A stretch of DNA of 64,000 nucleotides from positions 3,437 through 67,436 of the forward strand of contig JAFAPC010000019.1 in the NCBI GenBank assembly GCA_019247305.1. Direction: 5' to 3'. How positions within the stretch are numbered: the first letter of the stretch is position 1; each line of letters starts with the position of its first letter. Both the position numbers and the translations under genes were made by a program. Shown here in pieces: positions 36,301 to 47,400 of this stretch. This DNA comes from Pseudonocardiales bacterium. Lineage in GTDB: Bacteria > Actinomycetota > Actinomycetes > Mycobacteriales > Pseudonocardiaceae. The notes beneath the pieces are model-generated. The model did no database searches. It was not told where the DNA came from and saw only the letters and a list, made by a program, of their open reading frames with translations.

Positions 36301-36477
36301 TTGGACGCGATCGACAAGACAGCTCGGGGAGTCAGTGATTTTGACGATGACAGTGAGATCGCAAAAAGACTTACAGCCATTGCGGAGGGATCGATCGACG
36401 AGCCTGGGATTAGTGATCTAGACGAAGACATGAAGATGATGATCAGGATTAGTAGTTGGACATTGCTCGGATCCTGA
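33376..36477 (+). CDS. Tubulin/FtsZ-superfamily 'tubulin-like' GTPase domain protein (1033 aa) with long helical C-terminal region
   Basis: ATG 33376 after GAGAGAGGTG, 19 nt after the vWA stop. T1-like loop ALVIGAGGTGRWV, GAGQMRQWGR, and tubulin-signature-like TGSLCGGTGSATIFD. Confidence 0.8.
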   Translation: MYNSALVIGAGGTGRWVLTHLRARILGMSGWLSGESPAPLGGVRLVGFDIDSQNAYEFAGHGLTESDLVFSTPEIADVIRNIRDVPDGDHRALYQEVREWISQREAESYDLALLNEFMETGAGQMRQWGRLGVVLAKGFYDHLRTAVGSLAAGGQVNVYVTGSLCGGTGSATIFDAAAIVHDVLKSVAPNTPRRIIGVFLLPAGMTHDVNPAEFPWLEACAFASMRELDRFQRSNGRNRLKHDGRKIVLGSRLFDLCYLLDGIRDHHGGALPPNNLINNKASLGVYPAMADLIFSYLNPASGQRLDADAANAVAHVGGSHPYKYSKFGTHTLWSPLPLVQRSLAIDDALAVLNALTSQTAVGDVPSLVSTPAVTFEDKNIFNAQVFLAARRYDEDGKAQAPRAAEVLPWLLPADPEFKPKIPSKPDYASREFPNIRNFHTPYRNPEVKSRVDELLNKYLADIQILTDSHRRQLLADFRTYLLVRCQRIANTPTVQGGLARALNSLKEIKGVADRLRESFTKLNEIEARSGRLDGLRGAYRNAQMAMDDNKRWNDAMKQRHLFEAANRLMEAEIDAQVRAKLIDLMERLSATIDDVRDKELDGWRRTFEDLAGQASQASADLDRMWNEHTSVVVRQVILTRHSGLEVAARQRLTDGLLNRLPADRNTVIASPATAFVEQKLSWTVGRSAATDQFTLMLRHPWMEGDRHELKLLKLRDLLLPLESSYAFVLDTPFGEALRHSSKDIAGLASDIRKKTSLLASTSPEPGTKPAPLPTKQVLLFGPWGDGTPEIRQLRDELARLGFAGGEFEDVLQLTAADSVAARDVPLNQSVWVVHSYHGVSFDGFGTMDKLRQGYLTLREGEKPLHVFPEERAASLIEKRISELFHAGLVSSRIDLLGPEAVGLARESRLIRQVVLLIAAKQLEWRFNRVDDCGEWVLYTEGSQSLVLAASDKALNLLPTLVDHAAQTSDSISKRILDAIDKTARGVSDFDDDSEIAKRLTAIAEGSIDEPGISDLDEDMKMMIRISSWTLLGS

Positions 36478-36534
36478 TCGCGGTCCGACCCAGTAGTGCC
36501 GCGGGTACGACACGGAAACCACGCGCTCTGAGTG

Positions 36535-36596
36535 CGCCGAGTTCGACACCAACGTCGTCCGGACAGCCGGGAACAGCTCTCGTGTCGAACTCGGCG
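36535..36596. repeat. REP-like hairpin element, copy B (acts as bidirectional terminator between tubulin-like gene and gyrB)
   Basis: 15-bp inverted repeat cgccgagttcgacac (36535-36549) / gtgtcgaactcggcg (36582-36596). Confidence 0.7.
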
Positions 36597-36636
36597 ACAA
36601 CAGGGCGGTGGCTTCACGGCGGTGCTGGGAACCGGG

Positions 36637-38628
<1,992 letters not shown>

Positions 38629-38768
38629 CTACGGACGTCAGGGGCCTCACGTCTCGGGGGTACTGCATCATGTGCTGCCGGTAGCCGCTGGGCGGAGCGG
38701 GGGTTCCTCAGCACCGGCTACCAGCACCATTTTACCGGTGAGCTCACTCAGAAGGAGGGCGAGGACGC

Positions 38769-38816
38769 CCCGCTTGGTCCCCAGCTTGGTCCCCAGCTTG
38801 GTCCCCAGCTTGGTCA
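38769..38816. repeat. 12-bp tandem repeat x4 (ccagcttggtcc) upstream of gyrB
   Basis: cccgcttggtcc ccagcttggtcc ccagcttggtcc ccagcttggtca, located 170-215 bp upstream of the gyrB start. Confidence 0.8.
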
Positions 38817-39172
38817 CAGACGCCCGAACAGCGACGTCTGCAAGACCCCCTCGGCCTCACCACCGACGGTAGGCGTCCTGGCGACCAGGCGAGGACCGTG
38901 AGACGTCCGAGGCGCTCGCCGCCGTGGCTGGCGACCAGCAGGCAACAAGGCGCGAAGACGGCTGTGGCTGGGGTGCCTTGGCGGTTCGCTGCGGGGGCGA
39001 ATATATCAAGCATCTACTCGATCCTGAAACCATACCTGCGCAATACCATAAACCACCCGGTGCGACTGAACGCACATTGTCGGACAATCGCTCCGGTTAT
39101 CGTCACCTTGAGCCTTTGCAGAAGTCTTCGGTGGCTGAAGCGTTCTGGACGCCAGCTGGTACCGCTCTGGGT

Positions 39173-39236
39173 GCGCCGAGTTCGACAGGAGGGCTGTTGG
39201 GGGCCTGGTGCAGAGCTCTGACGTCGAACTCGGCGC
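39173..39236. repeat. REP-like hairpin element, copy C
   Basis: 14-bp inverted repeat gcgccgagttcgac (39173-39186) / gtcgaactcggcgc (39223-39236). The left flank cgctctgggtg is shared with copy B. Confidence 0.7.
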
Positions 39237-39393
39237 GCTCAGCGCGGCCGAGCGACGACGGGCGGTGCCCAGCGATCCGCACGGTGGGGACCAGCGCTGA
39301 ACGCGCTGGCGTTTCGTTATCCTGCTTTTCGCATGAGCTTCCTTGTGCTGCACCGGTAGCAGAAACCTTATCTAAAGACGCGAAGCGGTGCTT

Positions 39394-39455
39394 GATCGCC
39401 GAAACTGTGGTGTGGCCGTGCACTCCCGCACGGCCACACCACAGTTTCGGCGATC
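39394..39455. terminator. Perfect 28-bp inverted repeat hairpin (6-nt loop) downstream of the DUF721 gene
   Basis: gatcgccgaaactgtggtgtggccgtgc (39394-39421), loop actccc, gcacggccacaccacagtttcggcgatc (39428-39455). Confidence 0.6.
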
Positions 39456-39556
39456 ATCAGGTGGGTCCCTGCCTGCAGTGGGCTGCGGGACGCCTGCGGT
39501 GTTACCAGTCAGCCGTGCCGCCGACGTCGGCCAGCCCAGAGTTCGAAACGAGTCGT

Positions 39557-40207
39557 TCAGCCGTAGGTGTCTCGGGGGCCGCGGCCACGGACGTGGCGGG
39601 GACCGTGCACCCAGGTTGGCGCCGCTGGTGCCTGCACCCGCAGCGCCGTGACCACGCCCGGCCCGACGCCTGCGGTGATCCGGGTGAGCAGCTGTCGTTG
39701 CAGGAGGCGCAGCTGAGTGGCCCACGCGGTGGAGCTGGCCCGCACAATGAGCTCCCCGTGCGCCAGCGACACGGGCTGGGCGTGCTCGGCGACCTCGGCG
39801 CCCACCAGCGCTGCCCAGCGGGCGAACACCACACCGGAAGCCACGTGCTCGGTCCAGCCACGTTCGGCGACCAGCCGGGAGGCCAGGGCGCCCAGCGGCT
39901 GGGGGTCCCGGTTATCCGGGCGCGCCCCGGACCAGCCGCGGCGGCGCCGCGCTGCGGCGGGACGGCCAGCGGGGGTGCGGCCAGCGGGGGTGCGACGCCC
40001 AGCGCGGGCGGCTGCCAGGGCGGCGCGGGCGATGTCAGCGCCACTGCGCCCCCTGGGTAAAGGCTGGGACTCCTCGGGTAGGGTCTGGTGCCCCCCGGGT
40101 GGGGTCGGGGAGGGACTGTCGGGCTCTTCAGACGTCGACTTATCCACACTATCCACAGGTTTGTCCCCATCTCTATCTCTGGATCCGCTCAGTAAACCCG
40201 GCATCAT
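39557..40207 (-). CDS. DUF721 (DciA-like) protein
   Basis: Sits in the conserved position between recF and gyrB with an ATGA overlap to the recF stop. C-terminal [19 protein letters not shown]...[21 protein letters not shown] is typical of DUF721. Confidence 0.8.
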   Translation of the reverse strand: MMPGLLSGSRDRDGDKPVDSVDKSTSEEPDSPSPTPPGGHQTLPEESQPLPRGRSGADIARAALAAARAGRRTPAGRTPAGRPAAARRRRGWSGARPDNRDPQPLGALASRLVAERGWTEHVASGVVFARWAALVGAEVAEHAQPVSLAHGELIVRASSTAWATQLRLLQRQLLTRITAGVGPGVVTALRVQAPAAPTWVHGPRHVRGRGPRDTYG

Positions 40208-41379
40208 CGGAGTCGGCGCACGGTCCCGCCGTGCACGTCGAACCGCGCGCCCGCCAGCTCCGCGGGGACATCGGCGGGTACGGCGGCGGTGACCAGCACC
40301 TGCTCGGCAGCCAGCGCGACCTCGGCCAGCCGGGCCCGGCGCTGGGTGTCCAGTTCGGCAAAGACGTCATCGAGCAACAGCACCGGTTCGGCACCACCGC
40401 AGCGCAGCAACTGGTAGCTACCCAGTCGCAAGGCCAGCGCGAACGACCACGACTCGCCGTGGCTGGCGTAGCCCTTGACGGGCCGGCCGCTCAGCCGCAA
40501 CCCCACATCGTCGCGGTGCGGACCGACCAGGCAGACCCCACGCTCCAGCTCCGCCGGGCGCACCCGAGCCAGCTCCATGAGCATCGCCTGCTCCAGCGCC
40601 GCGATATCGGCCTTGCCCGCCCCAGCCGTGCCCGGCGCCACGCCCTCGCCCAGGCTGCTGCGGTACTCCAGTTGGGCGCTCGCCGCCTCTGGGGCCGGGT
40701 TTGGGACCAACTCGGGGGCCACGGCGTGGTAGGCGGCCACGACATGCGGGGCCAGCTCGACGACCAGGTCCAGCCGGGCGCCAAGGAGTTCGGCGCCGTG
40801 CCGGGCGAGGTGACCGTCCCAGACGTCCAGGGTGCGCAGATCACCCGCCCCGCCCTCAGGCCGACGGGCCGCACCGGCGGAACGCAGCAGCGCGACGCGC
40901 TGGCGCAGCACCTTGTCGTAGTCGGCTTGCACGCCGGCCAGCCGGGGGGAGCGCAGCACCAGGAGATCGTCGAGGAACCGGCGGCGCACCGCTGGATCCC
41001 CGCGCACCAACGCCAGGTCCTCCGGCGCGAACAGCACGCTGCGCAGCACGCCGAGGATCTCCCGGGGCCGTGGCATCGGGCAGCGGTTGAGCCTGGCCCG
41101 GTTGGCGCGTCCGGGGGAGATTTCCAGCTCCACCGTCAGCTCCCGGCCGGCGTGCACCACGGCGGTGCGCACGATGGCGCGCTGGGCGCCCTGGCGGACC
41201 AGGGGCGCATCGGTGCTCACCCGGTGTGAGCTCAGCGTGGCCAGGTACCCCAGTGCCTCCAGCAGGTTCGTTTTGCCCTGCCCGTTCGGGCCGATGAGCA
41301 CCGAGACACCGGGGTCGAAGTCCAGCTCGGCGTGTTCCCAGGAGCGGAAATCCGTCACCGCAAGCTGTCGGACGTACAC
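40204..41379 (-). CDS. recF: DNA replication/repair protein RecF
   Basis: GTG 41379. [46 protein letters not shown] (Walker A), [11 protein letters not shown] (Walker B). The long ORF extension upstream is not coding. Confidence 0.95.
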   Translation of the reverse strand: MYVRQLAVTDFRSWEHAELDFDPGVSVLIGPNGQGKTNLLEALGYLATLSSHRVSTDAPLVRQGAQRAIVRTAVVHAGRELTVELEISPGRANRARLNRCPMPRPREILGVLRSVLFAPEDLALVRGDPAVRRRFLDDLLVLRSPRLAGVQADYDKVLRQRVALLRSAGAARRPEGGAGDLRTLDVWDGHLARHGAELLGARLDLVVELAPHVVAAYHAVAPELVPNPAPEAASAQLEYRSSLGEGVAPGTAGAGKADIAALEQAMLMELARVRPAELERGVCLVGPHRDDVGLRLSGRPVKGYASHGESWSFALALRLGSYQLLRCGGAEPVLLLDDVFAELDTQRRARLAEVALAAEQVLVTAAVPADVPAELAGARFDVHGGTVRRLR

Positions 41380-41384
41380 CGGCG

Positions 41385-42290
41385 CTAGTTCGCTGCGGGA
41401 TCGGGGCTGGCCGGTTGCTGCACGGCGTGCCCACCGAACTGGTGGCGCAACGCGGCCACCGCGCGCATCGCTGGGGAGTCGGACTGGCGGGAGGCGAACC
41501 GGGCAAACAACGCCGCGGAGATCACCGGAGCGGGCACCGCGTGGTTGATCGCTTCCTCGACCGTCCAGCGGCCCTCGCCGGAGTCGGCCACCCACCCGCG
41601 TAGCTGGGTGAGTTTCGGGTCCTCCGCCAAGGCCGCGACGAGCAGGTCCAGCAGCCAGGAGCGGACCACGGTGCCGCGTTGCCACGCCTTGAGCACCGCG
41701 GGCACGTCGGTGACGACCTCGGCGGCCTCCAGCAGTTCGAAGCCCTCCGCGTAGGCCTGCATCAGGCCGTATTCCACCCCGTTGTGCACCATTTTGGCGA
41801 AATGCCCGGCGCCGACGCCGCCAGCGTGCACGAAGCCTTCCTCCCGAGGCCCCTCCGGGCGCAGCGCGTCGAACACCGGCAGCACTCGCTCGACGTGCTC
41901 GCCCGAGCCGCCGACCATCAGGGCGTAGCCGTTGCGCCGACCCCACACTCCCCCGGACACACCGCAGTCCAGATACCCGATGCCGGCTCGGGCGAGTAGC
42001 TCGGCGTGGACCTGGTCATCGGTGTAGCGCGAGTTCCCGCCGTCAATGACGAGATCACCTCCGGTGAGTAACCGGGCCAGCTGGATCACGGTGTCCCGGG
42101 TCGCCTCACCAGACGGCACCATGATCCATACGCTGCGCGGTGGCGAGAGGCGTTCCACCAGCTCAGCCAGGGAGCTGACGTCCCGGCTGGGGTCGGTGCG
42201 GGCGAAACCGAGCACCTCGATGCCAGCGGCGCGCAACCTCTCGCGCATGTTGGCGCCCATCCGACCCAATCCGACGAGTCCAAGCTGCAC
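41385..42290 (-). CDS. gnd: 6-phosphogluconate dehydrogenase, decarboxylating, short (Gnd-like) form
   Basis: GTG 42290 after [22 protein letters not shown] Rossmann motif, [33 protein letters not shown]. Confidence 0.9.
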   Translation of the reverse strand: MQLGLVGLGRMGANMRERLRAAGIEVLGFARTDPSRDVSSLAELVERLSPPRSVWIMVPSGEATRDTVIQLARLLTGGDLVIDGGNSRYTDDQVHAELLARAGIGYLDCGVSGGVWGRRNGYALMVGGSGEHVERVLPVFDALRPEGPREEGFVHAGGVGAGHFAKMVHNGVEYGLMQAYAEGFELLEAAEVVTDVPAVLKAWQRGTVVRSWLLDLLVAALAEDPKLTQLRGWVADSGEGRWTVEEAINHAVPAPVISAALFARFASRQSDSPAMRAVAALRHQFGGHAVQQPASPDPAAN

Positions 42291-42372
42291 GAGGTGTCCT
42301 CCCAAGTAGTGCGTGCCCCTACCGTAGCGGCGCCTGCCCTGGGTCGGTGTCATCGGATCCTGACCCTCTGGC

Positions 42373-42614
42373 GCATCCACCGCTGTCCACGACCCGGGTG
42401 TTTGGGGTTTTCTGAGAAGAAGAGAACACCTCGTAGCAGTAGTAGGGACTGTGGGCGGTGTGGACGGGTGTCCATCGGGCCAGTTCCCTCGGCGTGGTGC
42501 GGTGTGGACAGCCCCGGGTGCCCTGACGCGGGGCGGGCGGGCGGGCGGTGGACAGCATCGGTGCGCGGGGCCGCGATGCACAGCCACGCCCAGTTATCCA
42601 CAGAGTTGTCCTCA
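42373..42614. promoter_or_regulatory. Cluster of DnaA-box-like 9-mers (candidate oriC remnant or active oriC)
   Basis: gcATCCACc 42373-42381, cTGTCCACg 42383-42391, TGTGGACg 42459-42466, TGTGGACAG 42503-42511, GGTGGACAG 42547-42555, TTATCCACA 42594-42602 (perfect), TTGTCCTCA 42606-14. An AT-richer stretch lies at 42400-42430. Confidence 0.55.
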
Positions 42615-43319
42615 GGTGTGAGTAGATCGGTTACCCCTGGTCTCTCGGCCGCCATGACCCGGCAGTTGGATCCGGCCGGTGAGCACCAGCTGGGCGAGGA
42701 CTTCGACGCCGCGGGCGCTGTCGTGGTCCCGGCCCTGGTTGTGTAGTGCCTTGCGCAGGTCGGCGGCCAGCGCAGCGAGTAGCGCGTGAGCGAGCTGGTC
42801 GGCGTCGGCGGCCAGGTCGGGCCGAGCGGCGCGGAGCAGGATCGCGGTGTGCTGGTGCCAGAACCGGTAGGCGCCGATGCGGTAGCGGGCGCCGGGACTG
42901 GCGGTCTCGGACAGGTGGACCAGGTTCAGGTGGGTGTCGAGGAACTCCGAGTAGGCGGTGAGAAATGCGACGAGTCGTTCGGCTGGGTCGGCATCGGGCC
43001 CCAGTGGAGGCGGCCCGGCGATGATGCGGTGCTGGAGCTCGTGTTCCCGGGCATCCAGGAGCGCTGCCGCAAGCCCGGCCTTGTCGCCGAACCGGCGGAA
43101 CAGGGTGCCCTTGCCGACGCCCGCCTCCGCGGCGATCTGGTCCATCGATACGGCATTCAGATCGTGCTGGGTGAACAGTCGCTCGGCGGCTTGCAGGATC
43201 CGGGCTCGGTTACGGGCCGCGTCGGCACGTTCCTTCGGCGGTCCGCTGCCGATCGTGAGCAGCTGTGGGTCGCCGCTGCCTCTTGCGTAAGTGGACCGCG
43301 GTCCACTACTCTGGCTCAT
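42612..43319 (-). CDS. TetR/AcrR family transcriptional regulator
   Basis: RADAARNRARILQAAERLFTQHDLNAVSMDQIAAEAGVGKGTLFRRFGDKAGL is a TetR HTH. Confidence 0.85.
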   Translation of the reverse strand: MSQSSGPRSTYARGSGDPQLLTIGSGPPKERADAARNRARILQAAERLFTQHDLNAVSMDQIAAEAGVGKGTLFRRFGDKAGLAAALLDAREHELQHRIIAGPPPLGPDADPAERLVAFLTAYSEFLDTHLNLVHLSETASPGARYRIGAYRFWHQHTAILLRAARPDLAADADQLAHALLAALAADLRKALHNQGRDHDSARGVEVLAQLVLTGRIQLPGHGGRETRGNRSTHT

Positions 43320-43337
43320 AAGCGGACTATAGTCCAC
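43291..43337. promoter_or_regulatory. Two 16-bp operator-like palindromes G(T/C)GGAC-N4-GTCCAC in the TetR/rhodanese divergent region
   Basis: gtggaccgcggtccac (43291-43306) and gcggactatagtccac (43322-43337), centres 31 bp apart. Confidence 0.6.
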
Positions 43338-43364
43338 TTAGTTCACTGAGGTAAGGAGAATCCC

Positions 43365-43703
43365 ATGACCGCACTGATCAGCCGAGAAGAGCTCCGGGAG
43401 GCAATCGAAGCCAGGACGGTGACCGTCGTCGACGCGTTGCCCGAATCGTACTGGGCACAACGGCATCTGCCGGGCGCGCTGAACCTGGTCGAAGACGAGG
43501 TCAAGGCGAAGGCGGCTGACCTGTTGCCGGACAAGAACGCGGCGATCGTGACGTATTGCTCGAACCCTGCGTGTGGCAACAGCCAGGCGGTGGCGAACCG
43601 GCTGGAAGGACTCGGCTACACCAATGTGCGCAAATACCGGGAAGGAATCCAGGACTGGGTCGAGGCTGGGCTCCCCACCGAGTCCGCTGCGCCGGTCAGC
43701 TGA
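43365..43703 (+). CDS. Rhodanese-like single-domain sulfurtransferase
   Basis: AAGGAG upstream. HLPGALNL ... IVTYCSNPACGNSQ active-site loop ... REGIQDW. Confidence 0.85.
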   Translation: MTALISREELREAIEARTVTVVDALPESYWAQRHLPGALNLVEDEVKAKAADLLPDKNAAIVTYCSNPACGNSQAVANRLEGLGYTNVRKYREGIQDWVEAGLPTESAAPVS

Positions 43704-43766
43704 GCGGTTCACCGACCACGGACCGGTTCGCCGCCGGTCCGTGGTCGGGCGCCGATCGAGCGAGGG

Positions 43767-44489
43767 TTAGCCAGAGTCGAGGATGTGCGCGGCTCGGCTG
43801 AGCAGGTCGGCATAGACCGTTGGCCGGTCCTCGTCCACGACGGGATAGCCGACACCAAACTCGCCGCCGAGCCAGCGGGCTGAGATGCCGGGATTAGCGC
43901 TGTTTGTCCCGTCGTACAGGAAGATATGCGGGCTGCAGGTGACGCGCCCATGGCACGAAGCTCGGTATTGCTCCATCACCGCTGCTCGGTAGCATCCCTG
44001 GTCGAGTGCGGCCGCAAGGGCGTCGGTGTGGACAACACCAGTTTCCCGTGCGACATCAAGGATGACATGCCGCATCGCGATGCACCGGCCTTGTGCCCAG
44101 AAGGCACGCCGGAGCGCCCGGTCGAGCTGTTCGCTCGCGTGCCATCCCTGGGCCTTAGCTGCTTGGACGGCTTCCAGAGCCGGAAGCGTGGTGACCGGAT
44201 AGGTCCAATCCGGTCCTTGCCATAGTCGCCAGCCGGCCGCTGGTTCGATGGCGCCTAGAACCGCGATCTCTGAGTCAACCCCCGGGCGCGCATTGACTTC
44301 GCGGTTGAACAGCTCTAGCGGAAAGGCTCGCAGATCGAACCAGAGCCGGCCCTCCAGCCCGAGCCGCCGCCGGGTCTCGTGCAGCCGATGGACGGCGACG
44401 TGCGCAAAGGAACAGTTCAGGTCGGTGAAGACAGCGATCGTGTCTTTGCTTGCCGGCAGACGAGGATCGCTGGCTTGGGTGTGTCTCAC
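43767..44489 (-). CDS. DsbA/FrnE-like thioredoxin-fold protein with degenerate CxxC (CSFA)
   Basis: GTG 44489 in a GTGA overlap with the multicopper oxidase stop (alternative ATG 44519). IAVFTDLNCSFAHVAV sits where DsbA-family proteins have CPWC. Confidence 0.65.
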   Translation of the reverse strand: MRHTQASDPRLPASKDTIAVFTDLNCSFAHVAVHRLHETRRRLGLEGRLWFDLRAFPLELFNREVNARPGVDSEIAVLGAIEPAAGWRLWQGPDWTYPVTTLPALEAVQAAKAQGWHASEQLDRALRRAFWAQGRCIAMRHVILDVARETGVVHTDALAAALDQGCYRAAVMEQYRASCHGRVTCSPHIFLYDGTNSANPGISARWLGGEFGVGYPVVDEDRPTVYADLLSRAAHILDSG

Positions 44490-47400
44490 GGTGTTTCTTG
44501 CACCCGGATCAGACCCCACCAGCCCTCACTGACGCCCCAGTGCAGGTTGCCGGTCCGGTAGAGGTAGTCGCCGGGATAGCTGGCTCGGAAGCGGACGGTA
44601 CGCGTGCTGCCGGCCGCGAGCGCACCAATCGTCGACACGTACGGACCGTGCCCGACCTCGGAGACATCCCACACCTGGCCGTGGACGGTGAAGCACTGGT
44701 TACGACTGCGCGAACCACCGATCGCGAGATGGATCACGAGCTGGTCTCCGACCCGGCAGTGTAACAGCGGCGTTGGCGGCGCCGGGTCGGCCAACACGGG
44801 GTGCAGCGGGTGCAGGGCCGCAGTGCGGTAGTTGTACGCCTTCTGTCCCGCGTCATCCTTGCTGTCCGAGAATAAGTCACTGACCGGCTGCGTCAGGTCG
44901 CCGTCGTGGTAGAGGCGTAGGCCGTCCTGGCTGATGAGCACCAGTTCGCGCACCGTCTCCGCGTCGAGCCGACGCACGACGGCTTGTTCTCCGACCCAGC
45001 GTTCTCGGCCGGTCTCTGGGTCATACGGGGTAGCGTCGGCGGCTTCCACAACCAACGCGCCGACCAGGCCGCGCCGCAGGTGGGACACCACGTCAGCATG
45101 ATCCCGCAACAAGACGACACCTGGTTGATCAGCATACCAATAGTACGTATGGGAACCGCCAGGTTTGACCGTACTGTCTGCATTATATCCAACATTGGTG
45201 CCATCGTCGGTACGCACGTTGTACCGCAGTAGCGTCGGGTGTAGCGAGACCCGGCCAGACAAGACCCGCGAGCCAGGATCGTCTTTGGCCATCAGTGGTG
45301 GATCGAACGCACTGGCTGGTGGTGTCCCCTCCAGCTCGTTGATCAGCGTTATCTCGACCCACTCGCCTGCTCGGCACCGCAGCACCAGTGGGCCTTCCAC
45401 CGGCTCACCGTCCACCACATAACACAGGCCGTATGGGTCGACACGCTGGTCGTTGTAGACGATGTCCCGGGCCCGTGCTCGGACGGTGTAGCGGCGGAGG
45501 AGATGCTTGGGGGGCAGCGGATCGTGCCCGAGTAACGCGGTGGGCAGGGCGGGCAGGGCGCGCTGTGGTTGATCGTACAGGCGCAGCAGCCCCCAGCACC
45601 CCAGCCAGAGATCATCGGTCGCGCAGAACGACCACAGGTAATCACCCGCACCGTAGGAGCCGTCCAGGCGAAGCTCCGCCACATTCGAAATTCCCAGCGT
45701 CTGCTGGTTCCGCCACGGCGTGTCCGGACGGTTGGGCCACTGCCGCCACCGCATGCCGTTCATCGTGAAGCTGTGCTGCAGATCGTGTGACCCCTGGATC
45801 AGGTGCACGCGGATCGGCTCGCCCGGATAGGCGCTCAGGATCGGTGTCCGTGGGTCGTGATGGACGGAGCTTGCGAACCAGTCGGCTGGGTCCCCGCCGC
45901 GCTCGGACAGCGGCTCGCACCGATAGTTGACGCCCATCGCGCCTTGGTCGTCGGGGCCGCCAGGAACGGGCGGCGGGTTGATCGGCACCTCGCGCCTGCT
46001 GGGGCCGGTCTGGGTGTGCTCCACCAACGGGACGAAATCGGCGACGACCAGAATGAGCTCACGGTAGTCTTGGCCGTCTGGCTGGACGATCACGGCCTGG
46101 CTGCCGTGACTGAGCACCTGCGCGTGGTCGGCCGGCGACACCCAACTGGCATCCTCGGGCTCGGCGATCATCGCGCCGAACAGGCCGTGCCGTTGCCGGT
46201 AGTTGGCCAGCAGGTGGTCATGGAAGAAGACGGCGCCGAATTCTTCGTCCACGTGCCAGCGGTACGTCCAGGAGTTGTACCGGGCAAAGGCGTCCGCTCC
46301 CTGGTCCCTGGTGGTCGTCCCGGACAGGTAGTTCCAGCCGATGCTGGCGCCATCGGACACCAGCGGGTCGTACTTGACCAGGTGCGTGTGCAAGCCGCAC
46401 TCGGGCTGGAATGGCAGCGCCGGGTCGAACGCGGTCTGTTCTTGTGGCCCGCTCGGCAGGGCGTTGGTGAGCGTCATTTCCAGGATTTCGCCCTTGCGCG
46501 CCCGGATCACCAGCGGCTCGACGGTGCGTTCACCGGTCTCAAGCTGGCGCTGGAACTCCGCCAGACCGCCGGCCGCTTCGATGTCCTCGGCGAGGGCGAA
46601 GAACATGCCGCGATGGTCGTGCCAGGTCATCGCGTCCTCGACGGTCACATCGCCGTGGTAATAAATAGTTCCGGAGGCGACCACCAGGTGATACCGGCGT
46701 ACCGGCGCATCCGGCGGGCCAACCTTGGTGAACGCCTCACCGGGCTGTGGGTCGGCGCAGAAGGCGGCTGCCTCCAGGGGCGTCGGCTCGCGTCCCATTC
46801 CGGCCGGCTGGTGCGGCGTGCGCGGGGGCCGTGGCGATTTACTCGGATATGTTGCCGACTGGGTCATGAACGCGGGGAAACCGGGCCGCTCCGGGGTCGG
46901 ACGTGGCGGCGGATTCCGGTGTGGCAAGGGGGTCAGCGCAGCGATGGAAGTGCCGTCTGGGTAGGTTCTGCTGCCGTCTTGGAGCGTATCGAAGATTCGG
47001 AACAGGCCCCACATCCCCATGTGGAAGTGCACATACATGTGGCAGTGCCAGATCGCGTCGCCGAAGGCCTGGTGAACTGACCCGAGGCCGCCGAGGAGCT
47101 CTAGGGTCAGGCCCTCCTGCGGGCTGATGCTGACCGAGTCCACGATCGGCGAATTCTCGTCGTCCGGGTTGACCCGCCACTGGTGCAGATGCGTGTGGAA
47201 TACATGCGTGTCACGCATGCCGCCGTGCACCAGCCGAATCACGGCCGGATCCCCTGAGTAGCCACACAGCACTGGGGTGGCTGGGTCGCCGAACATCCAG
47301 GAGCTGTGGTGCATTTCCTCACCGGTCTGCGCGTCACGCACCGGATCGAGTACACCTTGCTCGAGCATTTTCTGATACCGGTACTGGCGCCACTCCATCG

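Noticed and set aside
40204-42587. Very long N-terminal extensions suggested by the ORF track for recF (580 aa) and gnd (400 aa).
   Set aside because: The conserved proteins start at GTG 41379 (VYVRQLAV...) and GTG 42290 ([12 protein letters not shown]..., SD GGGAGGA). The upstream parts are Arg/Gly/Pro junk that overlaps the neighbouring gene or the DnaA-box region.
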